Of a DNA stretch of 64,000 bases, positions 59,775 to 64,000 are shown one piece after another. The notes beneath the pieces were generated by a model. The model worked only from the letters and a program-made list of their open reading frames with translations. It was not told the origin of the DNA and made no database searches. Origin of the DNA: Tagaea sp. CACIAM 22H2 (GTDB taxonomy: Bacteria > Pseudomonadota > Alphaproteobacteria > CACIAM-22H2); the NCBI GenBank assembly GCA_014444615.1, contig PVXE01000018.1, forward strand, positions 246 to 64,245, read 5' to 3'. The stretch's first letter is position 1. Every line of letters starts with the position of its first letter. The position numbers and the translations under genes were made by a program.

Positions 59775-60994
59775 TGACCGATCCGATCAGCATCAATGCC
59801 GCCGATGTCGCCGCTGCGGCCGCGCGCATTCAAGGCCAGGTTCTGCGCACGCCGACCTTGCGCTCGGCGACATTGTCCGCCGTCACCGGCGCGGATGTGC
59901 GCATCAAATTCGAGAACCACCAATACGTCGCTTCGTTCAAGGAACGCGGCGCGCTCAATAAACTGCTGCTGCTTTCGCCCCAGGAACGCCAGCGCGGCGT
60001 GATCGCCATGTCGGCGGGCAACCACGCGCAAGCGGTCGCCTATCACGCCAAGCGTTTGGGCATCGCCGCGACGATCGTGATGCCCAAGGCGACGCCCTTC
60101 ACCAAGGTCGCGCGCACGCGCGATCATGGCGCACGCGTGATTCTGGAAGGCGACGCGCTGACCGAGGCCGCCGCCTTCGCGCGCGATCTGGCGGCGAAGG
60201 AAAATCTCGTCTTCGTCCATCCCTACGACGATCCGGCGATCATGGCGGGCCAAGGCACGCTGGCGCTGGAAATGCTCGCCGATTTCCCCGATCTCGACAC
60301 GCTGGTGATTCCCATCGGCGGCGGCGGAATGATTTCGGGTTGCGCCGTCGCGGCCAAGTCGATCAATCCGGCGATCGAAATCGTGGGCGTCGAGGTCGAG
60401 GCTTTCGCCTCCGCAGCACAGCGCAAAGCCGGCGAGAAGGTCCATACCGGCGGCACGACGATCGCCGAAGGCATCGCGGTCGCCGATGTTGGCGCGCAAT
60501 GCTGGCCGGTCATCGACAGAATGGTGCGCGATGTCGTCGTGGTCGACGAGCTCGACGTCGAGCGCGCCATCGTGCTGCTGATCGAAATCGAAAAGACCGT
60601 CGCCGAAGGTGCCGGTGCGGCGGGTCTTGCCGCGTTGCTCGCCCATCCCGAGCGATTCAAGGGCCGTAAAGTCGGCCTCGTCCTGTGCGGCGGCAATATC
60701 GACACGCGCGTCTTGTCGAGCGTGCTGCTGCGCGGCTTGGCGCGCGACGGGCGCTTGCTGCGTTTGTCGATCGAGATTCCCGACCGGCCCGGCGCGCTCG
60801 CCGATTTGGCGGGGCGCATCGGCAAGGCGGGCGGCAATATCGTCGAGGTCGAGCACCAGCGCACCTTCACCGAACGCTCGGCGCGCGCGGTGACGGTCGA
60901 AGCGACGATCGAGGTCGTCGATCGCGCCCACGGCGACAAGCTTGTCGGCGAGTTGGAAAGCGCCGGTTTGACCGTACGGCGCGGCGCCGCCTGA
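59774..60994 (+). CDS. Threonine ammonia-lyase (threonine dehydratase) with a C-terminal regulatory domain.
   Basis: PLP-lysine motif ENHQYVASFKERGA. ATGA overlap with the manC stop. Confidence 0.85.
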   Translation: MTDPISINAADVAAAAARIQGQVLRTPTLRSATLSAVTGADVRIKFENHQYVASFKERGALNKLLLLSPQERQRGVIAMSAGNHAQAVAYHAKRLGIAATIVMPKATPFTKVARTRDHGARVILEGDALTEAAAFARDLAAKENLVFVHPYDDPAIMAGQGTLALEMLADFPDLDTLVIPIGGGGMISGCAVAAKSINPAIEIVGVEVEAFASAAQRKAGEKVHTGGTTIAEGIAVADVGAQCWPVIDRMVRDVVVVDELDVERAIVLLIEIEKTVAEGAGAAGLAALLAHPERFKGRKVGLVLCGGNIDTRVLSSVLLRGLARDGRLLRLSIEIPDRPGALADLAGRIGKAGGNIVEVEHQRTFTERSARAVTVEATIEVVDRAHGDKLVGELESAGLTVRRGAA

Positions 60995-61001
60995 AAATTC
61001 T

Positions 61002-61490
61002 CTATTGCTGCGGCGGCAGGTCGGCGAGTTCCTTCACCCGCTCGCCCCATTCGGTTTCGAGCGATGCTTGGCGGCGCTGCAATTGGCGCAAGCGCGCCTG
61101 CGCGCGGTTCTCGTAGATGATGTTCGCGACGATCGGGAACAGCCAGCACAAGCCCCAGGCGAATACGGCCGCACCATAGACCGACAGCCACGCGAAAGCG
61201 TTGCCGAGAATCTCGCGCCCGCCGGTGCGGCCCATCGACGCGAACCCGTCGAGCAAGAAGGGCAGCATCGCGCCCATGCTCATCGTGCCCACGGCGATGG
61301 CATCGTGCTTCTGGCGCGTGGGATCGACGACCGCGGCGGCGAGCGTGGGCAGGAATCCGGCCACGACGAACAGGCACAGCCACGGCACGTTATAGGCGAG
61401 CCACGCGACGATGGCGATGACGCCCGTACCCGCCATGGCGAGCGTCATGGCGCTCGGGCCCTTCTTCGCGGATTTCGGTTGCTTGGCCAT
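61002..61490 (-). CDS. Small membrane protein (162 aa; 3-4 TM helices plus a C-terminal coiled-coil), co-transcribed downstream of the pseudokinase gene.
   Basis: ATG at 61488-61490, immediately after the kinase stop (61493-61495). Hydrophobic segments and a C-terminal heptad region (ARLRQLQRRQASLETEW) are present. Confidence 0.45.
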   Translation of the reverse strand: MAKQPKSAKKGPSAMTLAMAGTGVIAIVAWLAYNVPWLCLFVVAGFLPTLAAAVVDPTRQKHDAIAVGTMSMGAMLPFLLDGFASMGRTGGREILGNAFAWLSVYGAAVFAWGLCWLFPIVANIIYENRAQARLRQLQRRQASLETEWGERVKELADLPPQQ

Positions 61491-61492
61491 GG

Positions 61493-63544
61493 TCAGAAAA
61501 GAATCCGCCAAATGATGGAGCCGATCCCGACGACGCCCGAAAGCGACGCGGAGGTGAGCGCCGCCGTTTCCTTGCCCGCGAGCATCGCGGCATGCGCGCG
61601 TTGCTTCGCCCCGCCGCGAATCTCGACCATCTCCGCCCCCGCCGCGACATAGGCTTCCTTGGCGGCGTCGAAGCCCCAATGATCGACCTCGCGCATTTTC
61701 TCGTTGTCGACGAGTTCGAGCAGCGCCTTGAGATTTCCTTCTTCGGCGACTTGGTTCAGCCGTTCGATCTGCGACTGGCGCAGCGGCAAATGGTTGATCC
61801 CGTCGACATAGCCGCGCACCAGCGTGGCGCACCACGCGGTCAAACGCGGCACCATCGGCGGGCCGAAGCGCTCTTGCAGGTCGGAGAGCATGCGCAAGAT
61901 CGACATGCCGCCGGCGAGATCGACCTGCTCGGGATTCATCAGCACGCGAATCTGCGCCGGGTCCGCACCCGCATGGACCGCAAGAAAGGCCGCAATGTGC
62001 CGGTCGATCGGCTTGTGGCCGGAACCCGCGGCAGCTTCCAGCGCCTCTAGCACCTGATCCGGTTCGGACACCCACATGCCCGCCGCAAGTTCGGAGAAGC
62101 ACGGCAGATTGGGATTGAGTTCGTAGAGCACGCGTTCGATGCCGTTGCCGGGGGCCGGATCTTCGATCCATTTGCCCAGGCGTTCGACGAAGCCCGCCGG
62201 CGGCAGGCCGCGCCCGCCCGCCGATTTATGCAGCATCGTCCACAAGCCGATCACGCGGCTGCGGATCAGATCGGCGAAAATCGGCCCGCCGCCGGGCTTG
62301 CGCATGGCCACGGCAATGGCAGTGCCCAGACCGTCGACATGGACGCTATGACCGCGAAAGCGGATTGGCGCCAGCGGATCGAGCACGATCGACGCGCGCG
62401 CCACCGTCAGCGCATCGGAATAGGTCGGGTTGGGATCGCCGCTGGGCTCGCGCACCGCCGCGTTCAAGCGATCGTGCAGCTTCTGATCGCCCAGTGTATT
62501 GCGCACCCACATCGCGATATTGCCGTTGCGCAATTCGGCCGCCGCCGCTTCCCAACGCCGGCCGAGCCCGTGCGCCAGATCGCGCGGCGTTTTGTATTCG
62601 CGACCGCCGAAGCGATAGCCCTTGGCCGCACGCAAGACGAGCGGTGCGGAGGGATTGACCTGCTGGCGCTTGCCGTCGAGGAAGCCTTTCAGCATTTCCA
62701 GCGTCCAGCGGTCCTGTTCCCAATCGTTGGTCAGGCCGCGCAGCACTTCCATCACCTGCGGCGCGATCTTGGTGAGATCGGCGAGCGAGTCGAACGTGCC
62801 GCGATCCACGCGCCGCGCGAATTGCTCGTCCACGTCGATGCCCTGGCCCGGCATGAAACCTTGCGCGAAGGCGAGCAGCGTCATGCCCAGCGCGAACATA
62901 TCGTCCTCGCGCGTGCCCGAGCCGCGCGCGTCGGGATCGGCCATCGCGCGTTCGATGGGTTCCAACGGGGCGGGCTGTTCGAATCCGCCGGGCACGTGGA
63001 AAGACGGGCCCAGCACGATGCGCGTGCGCGCTTCGTCGAGCCAGAAGAGATTCGTCGGCCGGATGCCGCGATGGGTGACGTTGCGGTGGAACAGCTCGCC
63101 CAGCGCGTTGGCGAGCGGCAGCAAGAAATGGCTGAGGAGGCGCGGGGCCGGCCACTCGTCGCGCGGGCCGTTGCCGCGCCACAGCGGCCCGCCTTCGGGC
63201 AGATCGTAGATGAACGCCAAGCGCCGCGCCGAAGCGCCCGGCCAGTCGACCAGACCGAATTCGTAAAGCCGCAGCAGGCCGGGCCGTTCGACGCCTTTGA
63301 TGTTCTTGGCCATCTCCAGCCGCGGCGGAATCTCCTGGCTGCAGATCAGCGCCACACGCTGGCCGATCGTGTCGCGTTCGTCGACCGCCAGATAGGCGCG
63401 CACGCTGGCGGTCGACATTTCGGGAATGGGCGACGACGGATAGATCTTGAACCGGCCCGCGAGCGAAACGGACGTGCCGGACGGCCCCTTGGCGGGGCCA
63501 CCCTTTTCGTCGTCGTCGTCGCGTTGATTGGCCGGTTCGGCCAT
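61493..63544 (-). CDS. Hanks-type kinase-like protein with degenerate catalytic motifs (predicted pseudokinase) and a C-terminal domain of about 400 aa of unknown function.
   Basis: Kinase-fold landmarks are HRNVTHRGIRPTNLF (HRD degraded to HRG, catalytic-loop K replaced by R), no GxGxxG loop, APE-like PLEPIERA, and subdomain-IX-like DDMFALGMTLLAF. SD GGAGGG upstream. Confidence 0.55.
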   Translation of the reverse strand: MAEPANQRDDDDEKGGPAKGPSGTSVSLAGRFKIYPSSPIPEMSTASVRAYLAVDERDTIGQRVALICSQEIPPRLEMAKNIKGVERPGLLRLYEFGLVDWPGASARRLAFIYDLPEGGPLWRGNGPRDEWPAPRLLSHFLLPLANALGELFHRNVTHRGIRPTNLFWLDEARTRIVLGPSFHVPGGFEQPAPLEPIERAMADPDARGSGTREDDMFALGMTLLAFAQGFMPGQGIDVDEQFARRVDRGTFDSLADLTKIAPQVMEVLRGLTNDWEQDRWTLEMLKGFLDGKRQQVNPSAPLVLRAAKGYRFGGREYKTPRDLAHGLGRRWEAAAAELRNGNIAMWVRNTLGDQKLHDRLNAAVREPSGDPNPTYSDALTVARASIVLDPLAPIRFRGHSVHVDGLGTAIAVAMRKPGGGPIFADLIRSRVIGLWTMLHKSAGGRGLPPAGFVERLGKWIEDPAPGNGIERVLYELNPNLPCFSELAAGMWVSEPDQVLEALEAAAGSGHKPIDRHIAAFLAVHAGADPAQIRVLMNPEQVDLAGGMSILRMLSDLQERFGPPMVPRLTAWCATLVRGYVDGINHLPLRQSQIERLNQVAEEGNLKALLELVDNEKMREVDHWGFDAAKEAYVAAGAEMVEIRGGAKQRAHAAMLAGKETAALTSASLSGVVGIGSIIWRILF

Positions 63545-63606
63545 AGGCCGCCCTCCGCGTTTGCCCGGATCGATCTCCCGAATTTAAGCCGTGTTTGTCG
63601 AAAACT

Positions 63607-63627
63607 GGTTAACGAACCGATTTAACC
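63607..63627. promoter_or_regulatory. Inverted repeat GGTTAA-N9-TTAACC between the purA stop and the pseudokinase start.
   Basis: Read directly from the sequence. Confidence 0.3.
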
Positions 63628-63634
63628 AACGAAA

Positions 63635-64000
63635 TCAATCGGCAAACGGGTCCTCGACCAGGATCGTGTCGTTGCGTTCGGGGCTGGTGGACAGCAACGC
63701 GACGCGCGCGCCGATCAATTCTTCGATCCGCACGATGTATTTGACCGCCGCCGCCGGCAGATCGGCCCAGCTGCGCGCACCTTGCGTCGATTCCTTCCAG
63801 CCCGGCAGCGTCTCGTAGATGGGCGCGGCCTGCGCCTGCAGATGCTGGGCGGCAGGCAAACGGTCGTAGCGCTTGCCGCCGATATCGTAGGCGACGCAGA
63901 CCTTGATCTCGTCGAGCCCGTCGAGCACGTCGAGCTTGGTGAGCGCGATGCCGCGAATGCCGCCGGTGCGCACGGTCTGGCGCACCAGCACCGCGTCGAA
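63635..64000 (-). CDS. purA: Adenylosuccinate synthetase, C-terminal part (the gene continues beyond the window).
   Basis: [18 protein letters not shown]...[20 protein letters not shown]...ILVEDPFAD matches the conserved PurA C-terminus. Confidence 0.85.
   Translation of the reverse strand, partial: FDAVLVRQTVRTGGIRGIALTKLDVLDGLDEIKVCVAYDIGGKRYDRLPAAQHLQAQAAPIYETLPGWKESTQGARSWADLPAAAVKYIVRIEELIGARVALLSTSPERNDTILVEDPFAD

Overview
This is a high-GC (~65-70%) alphaproteobacterial chromosomal segment (Rhodospirillales/Rhizobiales-like). Most of it is core or accessory metabolism; the left ~2.9 kb is the integrase-proximal end of a genomic island inserted at a tRNA-Pro(CGG) gene.

What the window contains, left to right:
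- Island end: a truncated IS3-family orfA, a 14-nt poly-G tract, a low-GC (~40%) tract carrying a tail-anchored coiled-coil hypothetical protein, an AlpA-like HTH gene, a tyrosine integrase, and arm-type repeats next to the tRNA 3' end.
- Core region: a PhoX phosphatase, and a phnR (LysR) / phnW-phnA-phnY operon for 2-aminoethylphosphonate degradation.
- hemN, an M20 peptidase, and a sulfur module (TusA-like, YeeE/YedE, cytochrome c plus flavoprotein of sulfide dehydrogenase, and a cysteine-less CcdA homolog).
- Several ABC systems. An AapJQM-like operon has no ATPase gene; a Dpp-like operon (binding protein plus two permeases) has no ATPase genes; two Fe3+/Pot-type systems are present, one with no binding-protein gene nearby.
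- A ~9.8 kb translationally coupled minus-strand operon: IlvD/EDD-family sugar-acid dehydratase, LysE exporter, class-I aminotransferase, DgoK-family kinase, D-2-hydroxyacid dehydrogenase, NAD-epimerase and an Fe3+-type ABC importer. It has no aldolase, and the DgoK reading frame has apparently lost its stop codon.
- A formate-THF ligase / ALS-like thiamine pyrophosphate enzyme / CoA-transferase / enoyl-CoA hydratase cluster.
- A lone flagellin gene with a clear terminator, then pyrE, manC and a threonine dehydratase.
- A Hanks-type pseudokinase with a large unknown C-terminal domain, co-transcribed with a small membrane protein.
- The 3' end of purA at the window edge.

Many long ORFs on the non-coding strand are artefacts of the GC bias. 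Adjacent genes in the same operon very often overlap with ATGA or TCAT junctions.
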